Assembly: GCA_035289865.1 (NCBI GenBank)
Contig: DATDVW010000084.1
Coordinates: 1-37,795, forward strand
Length of the DNA stretch: 37,795 nucleotides
Direction: 5' to 3'
DNA from: Candidatus Nanoarchaeia archaeon
GTDB taxonomy: Archaea > Nanobdellota > Nanobdellia > Woesearchaeales > JACQNA01
This document shows positions 1 through 8,700 of this stretch, piece by piece. Position numbers and translations under genes: made by a program. Positions within the stretch are counted from its first letter, which is position 1. The number at the start of each line of letters is the position of its first letter. The notes beneath the pieces are model-generated. The model had not been told where the DNA came from. It ran no database searches and saw nothing but the letters and a program-made list of their open reading frames with translations.

Positions 1-1
1 A

Positions 2-322
2 AGGATGAACCCGAAGACCGGGCATCCCTTTGACTTTGAGTCCGCGCGCGGCAATATCGACATCGGCGGCCATGCGATGCTGCGCGCCGCCGCCAAGAAC
101 TTCCCGGGCTGCGCCGCAGTCTGCGATCCCCGGCAGTATCCGGATGTCCTGGCCATGCTGCGGGGGAATGGCGGCCGCACCTCATGGGAGCAGCGGCTCC
201 GGCTTGCAGGAAAGGCGTTTCAGGTAATCGGGCAGTATGACGCTGCAATCTCCGCGTATATGGCGGAGCAGGCGCGCAGTCCCGCAGCAGCCCGGGCATG
301 CTACACCTTCAGCGGCGGGTAA
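2..322 (+). CDS. IMP cyclohydrolase-like protein (PurH N-terminal MGS-like domain only), 5' partial at window edge
   Basis: The frame is open from the window edge to TAA at 320-322. NIDIGGHAMLRAAAKNF, DPRQY and LAGKAFQVIGQYDAAISAY match the PurH cyclohydrolase-domain signatures (IDIGGPxMLRxAAKN, KAF..TAxYD). The protein stops right after this domain, with no AICAR-transformylase part. Confidence 0.6.
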   Translation, partial: RMNPKTGHPFDFESARGNIDIGGHAMLRAAAKNFPGCAAVCDPRQYPDVLAMLRGNGGRTSWEQRLRLAGKAFQVIGQYDAAISAYMAEQARSPAAARACYTFSGG

Positions 323-340
323 GCCGCATCATTTCTTCCG

Positions 341-482
341 GGGTTGGTGCGAAAATCAGTGCGTATGCGTCTCTGCCTATGGTGACAGCTCCGCAGGATG
401 GTGCTCTCCGACCTGAGCGAAGCGAAGTGGAGAGGCGTGCTCAGGCTACGCATACGCACGAATAAGGGTTTCGCGCCAACCC
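341..482. mobile_element. MITE-like non-autonomous element, copy 1 (142 bp, long hairpin)
   Basis: About 91% identical, without indels, to 14752-14893. Terminal inverted repeats are GGGTTGGTGCGAAA and TTTCGCGCCAACCC, with an inner inverted pair GTGCGTATGCGT/ACGCATACGCAC. It is flanked by the direct repeat CATTTCTTCCG at 330-340 and 483-493. Confidence 0.75.
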
Positions 483-575
483 CATTTCTTCCGCTACATT
501 TATATAGGGCGCTCCGCAGGTATATTAGAATATCTATAAAAAATATAAGATATATTTTATCATATAACCGGAGCC

Positions 576-713
576 ATGGCCAAACAGCCGATATCCGCCA
601 CCATTGACGAGAGCCTGATCAGGTGGATCGAGGCGCAGCTGAAGGACAAGGCCAGGTACCGCAACAAGTCGCACCTGATAGAGGTGGCGCTGGAGAGGAT
701 GAGGAAAGGATGA
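576..713 (+). CDS. ribbon-helix-helix (CopG/Arc-like) small DNA-binding protein, 45 aa
   Basis: An ATG at 576 lies below the ORF-track size cutoff. Translation is MAKQPISATIDESLIRWIEAQLKDKARYRNKSHLIEVALERMRKG, which has the RHH pattern (beta strand, then two helices, with the KSHLIEVAL-type helix). Its TGA at 711-713 overlaps the ATG at 710 of the next gene (ATGA). An AT-rich TATA region lies at 498-566. Confidence 0.55.
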   Translation: MAKQPISATIDESLIRWIEAQLKDKARYRNKSHLIEVALERMRKG

Positions 714-2899
714 GAGACGGGATGATGGTGGTCATGATGCTGCTGGTTTTGGGCACTGGGTATGCCCAGGAGCTGGAACCGGGGATCTTGCAGATGAATA
801 ACGTTAGGATTCCGTCGGTGTATAGTTGTGGTGATAACATTCTTGGTGATATCAATGGTGATGGAAAGGTTACCGTAATAGACGCCTCGATAATCATGCA
901 ATACCAGAAAGGGCTGGCAGAATTTGCAGATATCGGATGCGTGGATGTTGATTGCAATGATGAAGTAAGCGAGAAAGATGCTGCTTTTATCCTGCAATAT
1001 GCCGCAGGGCTCATAGAAGCGTTTCCGCAGTGTGAGGAAGGCGAGGATGTGCCGCCGGATATATTTATGTGGGGGGTTATTCCAGCAGTTGGGGAGCCTG
1101 GAACGTTCTTTACGCTCCTTCTCGGAGCAGAGGACAGGTCGCCAGTGACCGTCCAGGCGGAAATAAGCGGGATATCTTTTAAGTTCACCCAGATTGCGGA
1201 CCTCTTTGATGACGGGCTGCATAATGATGATGCCCCCAATGACGGTATTTTTGGCTACGTTCTGGACAGCAGCCAGCTGCCCGAAGGGGAATATCAGGTG
1301 CAATATACCGCTACCGATGCTGGGGGAGAGTACAGAAAGGCACATGCGGAGATTTATTTCAAGATCCAGGTAAGTCGGGATTGCAAGACTATCCTGTCTA
1401 ATGGGGATCCGTCAGAAAAAATAGATTTGATGTTTGTCGGCGATAATTTCCAAGAGCTGGACGATTTTTACCGGGCGGTAGGCTATCAGCTCAGTCTCGA
1501 TGGGAAAAGCAGGGGGATGTTTTCTGTCGAGCCGTTATTGTCCAACAAAGACAAGTTTAATGTATATGCGTTTGATCAGTTAAGTAATTTCAACTGCAGG
1601 GATGAGAACGGCCATGGAAGTTGTGAGAGAGATAAAGAGATAATCTATGCTGCACATAATTGCCCGGTTGATATTTACAGTATCATCAGCACAAACATTT
1701 TCCGGTCAAATGCCTATTTTGGAGAGAGATCATTGACCTCTGTAGGGGCATCAGAGGCGGAATGGGTAGAAGGGGGTGCGACATCAACGCACGAATTCGG
1801 GCACGCGTTTGGGCTTTTATATGATGAGTATACCGAGCGTAACCTTTTTCTATTTGATGGCGTCACAGATAAGAATTGTTACGCAGATGACGCTCGCATT
1901 GATTGGGATTGCGGCTCGTCCGTAACCTGCTATAGCGGAGATGCGTGTCTCAGCGGATGCGAGGGTGATGCGGATTGCCTTCTGGCACAAACATGCGCAA
2001 GGGACGGGCAATGCAAGAAAGAATGTAATCCTACAGACGAGGATTGCTTAATCATGGATGAGCAAAGGGAGCTTAACCCAGGTCTGATTAATTTTTACGG
2101 GTATTGTTCCGGTGGAGATTTGTGCAACGCTGGTTGCAATCCTCCGGATCCCGATTGCCGCTGGGCGACCTGCAGCGGCGGTGATGAGTGCGTCATCGGA
2201 TGCGCGATCATAGACCCTGATTGCGGCGGTGGAAAAAGCTGTGATGCGGGGGATGGATGCAGGGGCTATTGTGATCCCCCTGACCCTGACTGCGGAAGGG
2301 CGACCTGCGGGGAGGGAAATGCAGAGGAAAATGCCTGCCTGTTCGGCTGTGCTGAAGCAAATGAAGGGTTAGGTAGTGACTATGACTGCCATAAATTCAA
2401 GTTTAGTGACGACGGATATACTGGTGATCCATATATTACCTGTGCCGCAGGGGATGGATGTATGATCGGCTGTACCCCCATAGATCCTGATTGCGGCGGC
2501 GGCCTGAGCTGCAATACGGGAGACGGCTGCATGGAGGGGTGTTTTTCAGTTACCACGAAAGATTACTGCAATGAGAATGCGCAATGGAGCGACCTTATCG
2601 GGAATAGCTGTGGAGAGGACAGTGTCATTGATTGTCAGCAGGGCATTGATGCAAATTACGACGCTGAGATAAATTGCAATTCCGGATGTTATTACACCAC
2701 AAAGAACCGGTTCCGGCCGAATGCCAATTCCATCATGAGAAATCATATATTTGACCCGTTCTTATTCGGCCAGGTGAACGAACGGGAGATCTGCCGGGAA
2801 ATCCGCGACTGGACTGGCAAGGTCGAAGGCCACTGCGCCACCTTGTGCATCGACGGCTGCCAGGATGGGCAGAAATGCGTCCAGGGGGCCTGCCAATGA
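710..2899 (+). CDS. secreted M64-like zinc metalloprotease with N-terminal dockerin and a Cys-rich repeat insert
   Basis: The start is placed at ATG 710 (MRDGMMVVMMLLVLGTGYAQE, a Sec-type signal with AxA-like YAQ) rather than GTG 623. It has a dockerin-like duplicated Ca-loop. HEFGHAFGLLYDEY (HExxH at 1790-1804) matches the IgA-peptidase M64 signature HEFGHxFxxLxDEY, and the distal NSIMRNH motif is present. Confidence 0.7.
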   Translation: MRDGMMVVMMLLVLGTGYAQELEPGILQMNNVRIPSVYSCGDNILGDINGDGKVTVIDASIIMQYQKGLAEFADIGCVDVDCNDEVSEKDAAFILQYAAGLIEAFPQCEEGEDVPPDIFMWGVIPAVGEPGTFFTLLLGAEDRSPVTVQAEISGISFKFTQIADLFDDGLHNDDAPNDGIFGYVLDSSQLPEGEYQVQYTATDAGGEYRKAHAEIYFKIQVSRDCKTILSNGDPSEKIDLMFVGDNFQELDDFYRAVGYQLSLDGKSRGMFSVEPLLSNKDKFNVYAFDQLSNFNCRDENGHGSCERDKEIIYAAHNCPVDIYSIISTNIFRSNAYFGERSLTSVGASEAEWVEGGATSTHEFGHAFGLLYDEYTERNLFLFDGVTDKNCYADDARIDWDCGSSVTCYSGDACLSGCEGDADCLLAQTCARDGQCKKECNPTDEDCLIMDEQRELNPGLINFYGYCSGGDLCNAGCNPPDPDCRWATCSGGDECVIGCAIIDPDCGGGKSCDAGDGCRGYCDPPDPDCGRATCGEGNAEENACLFGCAEANEGLGSDYDCHKFKFSDDGYTGDPYITCAAGDGCMIGCTPIDPDCGGGLSCNTGDGCMEGCFSVTTKDYCNENAQWSDLIGNSCGEDSVIDCQQGIDANYDAEINCNSGCYYTTKNRFRPNANSIMRNHIFDPFLFGQVNEREICREIRDWTGKVEGHCATLCIDGCQDGQKCVQGACQ
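845..1012 (+). other. dockerin-like module (two EF-hand-like Ca loops) in the M64-like protease
   Basis: GDINGDGKVTVIDASIIMQY and VDVDCNDEVSEKDAAFILQY each fit DxNxDGxVxxxD followed by an amphipathic helix, which is the duplicated dockerin segment. Confidence 0.65.
1900..2700 (+). repeat. coding tandem repeats: about 7-8 degenerate units of C-x2-GD-x-C-x2-GC-x-P-x-DPDC-G
   Basis: Examples are CSGGDLCNAGCNPPDPDC, CSGGDECVIGCAIIDPDCGGG, CDAGDGCRGYCDPPDPDCG, CAAGDGCMIGCTPIDPDCGGG and CNTGDGCMEGC. Nucleotide echoes such as atagaccctgattgcggcggtgg and atagatcctgattgcggcggcgg are also present. Confidence 0.8.
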
Positions 2900-3468
2900 G
2901 CAAGGTGATAGTTAGCATCATGCTTCTGGTAGTGTCGATGAGTGCCGTGTACGCCGTTGAAAAAGAGAGGGTGTACCAGATCATGCTCAAGTATGATAAA
3001 GGCGCTATAACGCAGGAAGATGTTATCGTTACCATGGGCTTCCCCCAGCAGAGAAAGCTCAGCCTTCCCGACGATTACCGGCTGGAGGTTGTTTCATTTA
3101 GTGATAAGATGGTATATACGGCAAGATTTAGTTTCCCCCTGGAGATTGTTTCAGAGCCAGACCCGTCATGGTTTGATGAACAAGGCAATCAAATCTATTT
3201 CCCCAATGCAGCGGAAGCAGGGCACATCCTGCTCGACGAAGCGGAGCAGCTGGTTATCGCCCCTTATTTCAAGGATGGGGAGCAGGTCAATGTTTACGAT
3301 AAGAACAACGAACTCGCCTTAGAGATTGACATCAGCCATTTTGCGGAATGCAGGATGCAGGGGTACGGTTGCGAGAAGAGGGGCGTGATGCCCTATGCCG
3401 TCACGATCGCATCCCTGATAGCATTGCTGATGATCATCATGTACGGAATAAGAAAGAGGAAACACTGA
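2896..3468 (+). CDS. small surface protein: signal peptide, about 150-aa beta-rich ectodomain, C-terminal TM anchor with basic tail
   Basis: ATG 2896 overlaps the upstream TGA (ATGA at 2896-2899). The N-terminus is MSKVIVSIMLLVVSMSAVYAVEKE. The C-terminus is MPYAVTIASLIALLMIIMYGIRKRKH. I recognise no family. Confidence 0.6.
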   Translation: MSKVIVSIMLLVVSMSAVYAVEKERVYQIMLKYDKGAITQEDVIVTMGFPQQRKLSLPDDYRLEVVSFSDKMVYTARFSFPLEIVSEPDPSWFDEQGNQIYFPNAAEAGHILLDEAEQLVIAPYFKDGEQVNVYDKNNELALEIDISHFAECRMQGYGCEKRGVMPYAVTIASLIALLMIIMYGIRKRKH

Positions 3469-5717
3469 TGCCATTATTCACCCCAGACAAAACATTCGCC
3501 TATGACGTGGCGAAGGAGGGAGAGGATATCATCCTCCGCATCGGCATGGAGGGCTATCCGGGCATCCCCTCGCTCGAGGATGACGGGAAGGTGATGGCCC
3601 GCACCGTGGACATCCTCCGCGAGGCAGGGAATGTCACCAGGATAGTCTATACCCAGCGCCGAGACTACGAATATCCCTTGGAGCAGGCCCAGATGCTGGT
3701 GGAGATAGCAAAACTGCAGAGCCAGTTTGTCCAGCAGAAGCTGATCTCGTATGCCGGGCTGCAGGATCCGCAGCACTATGCATCCCTGCAGGAGCTGCTC
3801 CTGAATACCCTGAAGAGCGATCCCGTCGGCTGCTTCGTCAGGATGCGCCGGATGCTCCGCGAAGAAGAGGTCCGCCAGCCGTCGCCGCAGCAGACGGTCC
3901 AGAAGGCAGCGGCCGTGCTCAAATATGCCCTGAGCATGCTGGGCAAGACCAGGCTGATCCAGGCCCTGGAAAGCCAGCTCGCCGGCCATGAGCCGGGAAA
4001 GCGGGACATCTACCGCCAGGTGTTCCACGCGGACATCAGGCCGGATTTCATGTTCTCCAAGCTCCAGGCGGCCTTCCCTTCAGATGCAGAGGAGATGGAC
4101 AGCTACACCGTAGAGAATACCCAGGTCACCATATTCAGCCAGCCCGGGACCGTGCAGTACCTCTATCACATCACTCCGCCGGAATTTGCCCTGACCGAAG
4201 AGCAGTACGAGGTCCTGGACGCGGCCCGCACGATCATGGCGGAGCACAGCCCCACCAAAGACGAGTTCGTAGACCCGGAGCGGGCCCGCCAGGTGTTCGC
4301 GAACATCGGCTACGACCTCATCCAGGAGCTGGCAGCATCCCGCGGATACCAGTTCCGCATCAGGGAGATCGAGCTGCTGACCGACATCCTGGTGCGCTAC
4401 ACCATAGGATTTGGCCTGTTGGAGGTCGTGCTGGCTGACGAGAGGGTCCAGGATGTCACCGCAAACTCACCCATGGGAAGGATACCGGTCTTCATCGTGC
4501 ATCAGGATTTCGGCGACTGCCGCACAAATATCTATCCGACCATCACGGACGCGGAGTCATGGGCGTCAAAGCTCCGGATGCTCTCCGGCAGGCCGCTGGA
4601 TGAGGCGAATCCCATACTGGACACCGAACTGCTCCTGCCGGGATCGCGGGCAAGGGTGGCGGTAATAGCGCCCCCGCTGAACCCCAGCGGGCTGGCATAC
4701 GCGCTGCGCAGGCACCGGGACAAGCCCTGGACCCTTCCCCTCTTCATGAAGAACCGGATGATTGACGGGTTGGGGGCAGGCCTCCTCAGCTTCATCATCG
4801 ACGGCAGCAGGACCATGCTGATCGCAGGCACGAGAAGCGCGGGAAAGACCGCATTCCTCAGCGCCATCCTGACGGAGATCATGCGCAAGTACCGGATCAT
4901 CACCATTGAGGATACCTTAGAGCTGCCGGTCTCCGCGCTGCGGAACCTGGGCTATAACATCCAGTCGATGAAGGTGGCTGCCGCCCTCACCAGGGGGACG
5001 ACAGAGGTCAGCGCAGAGGAGGGGATACGCACCACGCTCCGCATGGGGGATTCCAGCCTGATCATCGGAGAAGTCAGAAGCAGCGAGGCCCGCGCCCTGT
5101 ATGAGGCGATGCGCGTCGGCGCCATGGCGAACGTCGTTGCCGGCACTATCCACGGCGATTCCCCGTACGGCGTATACGACCGCGTCGTGAATGACCTGGG
5201 CGTCCCCAAGACCTCATTCAAGGCGACGGACCTGATCATCGTCGCGAATCCCGTGCGGACCGCAGACGGCCTGCACCGGGTGAGGAGGATCACCCAGATC
5301 ACCGAGGTGAGGAAGGAATGGGAGGATGATCCGCTGGCGGAGAACGGCTTTGTCGACCTGATGAAATACGATGTGCAGGCAGACCGCCTTATGCCAACCC
5401 CGGAGCTCATCAACGGGGAATCCGAGGTGCTCAAGCAGATCGCCTCAAACGTGAAGGAATGGGCAGGGAACTGGGACGCGATATGGCAGAACATCCTCCT
5501 GCGCAAGCAGGTGAAGGAGACGCTGTTGGAATCCGCGGCAAAAAGCAGCAGGCCGGATCTCCTGGAGGCGGAGTTCGTGGTGGCGGCCAACGACGCGTTC
5601 CACCGGATCGCGGACAGGGTGAGCGCAGAGGCTGGCCTGGACACCAAGCGGATATTTTTTGAGTGGGATGAATGGCTGAAGCGGAAGGTGAAGGAGGAAA
5701 ATGTTGGAAGCGCATAA
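3468..5717 (+). CDS. type II/IV secretion / type IV filament ATPase (PilB/FlaI/VirB11 superfamily), 749 aa
   Basis: The start is ATG 3468 (TGATG overlap with the upstream stop), not ATG 3348, which lies inside the previous gene. Motifs are Walker A IAGTRSAGKTAFL, Walker B YRIITIEDTLEL, Asp box GDSSLIIGEVRSSEA and His box AGTIHGDSP. It has long N- and C-terminal extensions. Confidence 0.85.
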   Translation: MPLFTPDKTFAYDVAKEGEDIILRIGMEGYPGIPSLEDDGKVMARTVDILREAGNVTRIVYTQRRDYEYPLEQAQMLVEIAKLQSQFVQQKLISYAGLQDPQHYASLQELLLNTLKSDPVGCFVRMRRMLREEEVRQPSPQQTVQKAAAVLKYALSMLGKTRLIQALESQLAGHEPGKRDIYRQVFHADIRPDFMFSKLQAAFPSDAEEMDSYTVENTQVTIFSQPGTVQYLYHITPPEFALTEEQYEVLDAARTIMAEHSPTKDEFVDPERARQVFANIGYDLIQELAASRGYQFRIREIELLTDILVRYTIGFGLLEVVLADERVQDVTANSPMGRIPVFIVHQDFGDCRTNIYPTITDAESWASKLRMLSGRPLDEANPILDTELLLPGSRARVAVIAPPLNPSGLAYALRRHRDKPWTLPLFMKNRMIDGLGAGLLSFIIDGSRTMLIAGTRSAGKTAFLSAILTEIMRKYRIITIEDTLELPVSALRNLGYNIQSMKVAAALTRGTTEVSAEEGIRTTLRMGDSSLIIGEVRSSEARALYEAMRVGAMANVVAGTIHGDSPYGVYDRVVNDLGVPKTSFKATDLIIVANPVRTADGLHRVRRITQITEVRKEWEDDPLAENGFVDLMKYDVQADRLMPTPELINGESEVLKQIASNVKEWAGNWDAIWQNILLRKQVKETLLESAAKSSRPDLLEAEFVVAANDAFHRIADRVSAEAGLDTKRIFFEWDEWLKRKVKEENVGSA

Positions 5718-8700
5718 CGCGGTCTGGATAGGCATAATGATGTGGTTGGCGAGCATTGCGTATGCGCAAGAGCTTGAGCCATCTTCCCTTACCATGAACA
5801 ATATCCAGGTTCCTTATCAATTCACCTGCGCCCCAGATCAGTCTCTGGGGGATGTCTCCGGAAGCGATGGAATTACCGCGCTCGATGCCTCTATTGTATT
5901 GGGAATCATAAACGGCAAATATAGAATTGATCGCATCAGATGTGCTGACGTCGACTGTGACCGAGAGATAACTGAGCAGGATTCCCAGCTGATACTGCAA
6001 TATTCCGGAGGATTGATAACTGAATTCTCCTGTGGAGAAAGAATATATGATGCCTCAATTTCAATTGCAACTTTGAAAGATTCTTATGGTGTTGGCGAGA
6101 AGATTGAGCTGACTGATCCGCCTGAGGAAACGAGCTTTAATAACAAAATTGCTGGAAACGCGATTTATGAGGGTATCGGTCCACAAAGAAACGTTCTTTA
6201 TGATGCTGACTTATTTGTTGAAGAAAAATTAAAAAAAGAGATTGAAGAAGGAATAATTCCAGAAACAATAGACACTTCCCAGCTGCCAAAATATGTCAAA
6301 GGGGAATTGATCGTTAAGCTGGAGAAAGACGTTTCAGGCAAAATAAGCGGAAAAGTAGTTGCTACTGGCATCAGCGCTATTGACGAATTGAACAGGAAAT
6401 ACCATGTTGAAAAGATAGAGAATGTGTTTACCGCTAAAAAAGAGGGTTTTATTGAGGGAATCACTAGATCAGTAAAACAGTCTATAGGCATAAAAGTCCC
6501 TTCCAGAGAACTGCAAAAAATATACAAATTAAAGATTCCAGAGGAGATTGATGTTGAGCAGGCAGCTGAAGAATATTCTCAAAGCGCTCAAGTGGAGTAT
6601 GCAGAGCCGAATTATATCTACTATACTTCTTTTGTTCCAAATGATTTCAGATATAATCAGCAGTGGGCGCATCAGAATACCCACGCCGAGGAAGGATGGG
6701 ATATAGAAAGAGGAAGTTCTGATGTGGTTATTGCCATTATTGACACTGGCGTTGATTACACTCATGAAGATTTGGCAGCCAATATCTGGCGGAATATTGA
6801 TGAGATCCCGGACAATGGGATTGATGATGATGAAAATGGTTTTATAGATGATATCAGGGGATATGATTTTGTTGAAACTGATGCCGTTTCATACTGCGCA
6901 GAGCATCCGGACGATTGCGAAACATTGGAGGGTGAAGATTACAATGTCAGAGATAATGATCCAATGGATTTTAACAGCCATGGGACTCATGTTGCCGGAA
7001 TAGCTGCTGCTGTTACAAATAATAACCTAGGGGTTGCTGGTGTTTGTCACCTCTGCAAAATAATGCCTGTACGGGCGGGATTTTCAATATTCTCTTCATC
7101 TTATGGGGTAGTCGGCTCTTTAGAATATGACGATATTGCACAGGCTATCCATTATGCGGTTGATAATCGGGTAAAAATAATAAGCATGAGCTTTGGTGGA
7201 CCTTATTCCGATACCATAAAGGAAGCAATTGACTATGCATACAACAAAGGAGTTGTCTTAATTGCCGCATCTGGCAATTCTAATACAAATGCAATAAGCT
7301 ATCCTGCTGGCCATGAAAATGTAATTGCGGTTGACGCAACCGATATAAACGACAATAAAGCTGATTTTTCAAACTACGGTTACTGGACAGATGTTTCTGC
7401 TCCTGGGGTCGATATACTGAGCACTGTCCCACCGTATACGGGTTATAATTCTGAACTTAAATCGAATAATGTGATTATTGAATCTGATGTTTTCGAATAT
7501 TCCGGAACAACTCCTGACGTAGGAATAGCTGGAGAATTTGTCTTTGTTAATTTTGGCAGCGTTGACGATGTAAACGTGGATTTAACGGAAAAAATAGCTT
7601 TGGTCCAGAAAGGCGGAACGAATGATACAGGAGAGCCTTTAACTTTCAAAGAAAAAGTTGAGAATGCTTATCGCAAAGGGGCAGCAGGGGCTGTTATCTT
7701 TAATAACGAAGAAGGCAATTTCGGAGGAACTCTGCAAGAGCAGGCCAATATCCCTGCTGTCTCAATTTCCAAAGCAGATGGGGAAAACTTAGTAAATCAA
7801 ATTACTAGCGGAATAGTAAGCGTAAATTTAAAGGTGAGTCTAGGGATAATTAAATATGATTCTTATTCAGGGACATCAATGGCGACACCTTATGTTGCAG
7901 GATTAGCCGGGTTGATTCTCTCGAAACAGGACTATAGCCAAGAAGAGGTTAGGCAAATATTAAGGCATGGTGTTGATTCGGTTAATTCATATGATTATAT
8001 CGGGACAGGGAGGGTTAATGTCTTGAAAACCCTGGAGTTTGAGTCGGTTGAGTTCGTTGCGAAGATTGCCTCGCCAATAAATGGGGAATTAGTCTCCTAT
8101 AACATAATTGACATAATGGGAACTGCAAATGGAGACAGGTATTCTCTCTATTATGGAAACGGCTTATATCCAACAGAGTGGAATGAAATTGCATCTGGAA
8201 CCAATGTGAATAACAATCTTTTAGGTGAGTGGAATGCAGAAAACATCAATGATGGTAGGTATACCATTAAACTCGAAGTCAGTAAAAAGGGCAGGGCGAT
8301 CGAAGAATTTGTGAGCGTAATTGTCAGCAAAGGATTCCAGGAGGGATGGCCGCAAACGGTCTCCTCAAATGGCTTATCGGATAGGCCTACTCAAAGTCCT
8401 TTGGTTTTCTTCGATATAGATAATGACAATGATAAAGAGGTTTTAGTCGGCGCGAATAATGGAGGCATATTTGCATGGCATTCGAACGGACAACTGGTTG
8501 AGGGCTGGCCGCAGTTCACCAAGGGAATAGTAAGAGCATCGCCCTCTGTTGCAGATATAAATAACGATGGAAAAACAGAAATTGTTGTCGGCTCTTATGA
8601 TCATAACATGTATGTATTCCATCCGGATGGGAGTTTATTGGACGGCTGGCCGCAGTCAACAGAAGGCGCAATAAGAGCGTCTGCTTCTTTAGAAGATCTA

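Noticed and set aside
398-607. ORF 398-607 and the N-terminal part of ORF 14666-15295 share the peptide MVLSDLSEAKWRGVLRLRIRTNK, which looks like a duplicated small protein.
   Set aside because: The shared peptide is simply the translation of the two MITE copies. The frames diverge as soon as the repeat ends, they have no promoter or start context, and ORF 14666-15295 runs antisense into the TrmB gene.
623-709. Upstream extensions of track ORFs were considered: GTG 623 for the M64-like gene, ATG 3348 for the ATPase, 2845 for the anchored protein, 18199 for glyS, and TTG 28618 and 24826.
   Set aside because: The extensions overlap the preceding coding region or encode non-signal-like, charged sequence. 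The internal ATGs give proper signal peptides, ATGA/TGATG coupling or the conserved TATA spacing.
2100-2540. Periodic nucleotide repeats (…gatcc[c/t]gattgc[g/c]g…) could be mistaken for a CRISPR-like or satellite array.
   Set aside because: They are in frame inside a long ORF and encode the DPDC Cys-rich units. The repeat units are degenerate and contiguous, with no unique spacers between conserved repeats. No CRISPR array or cas gene is present anywhere in the window.
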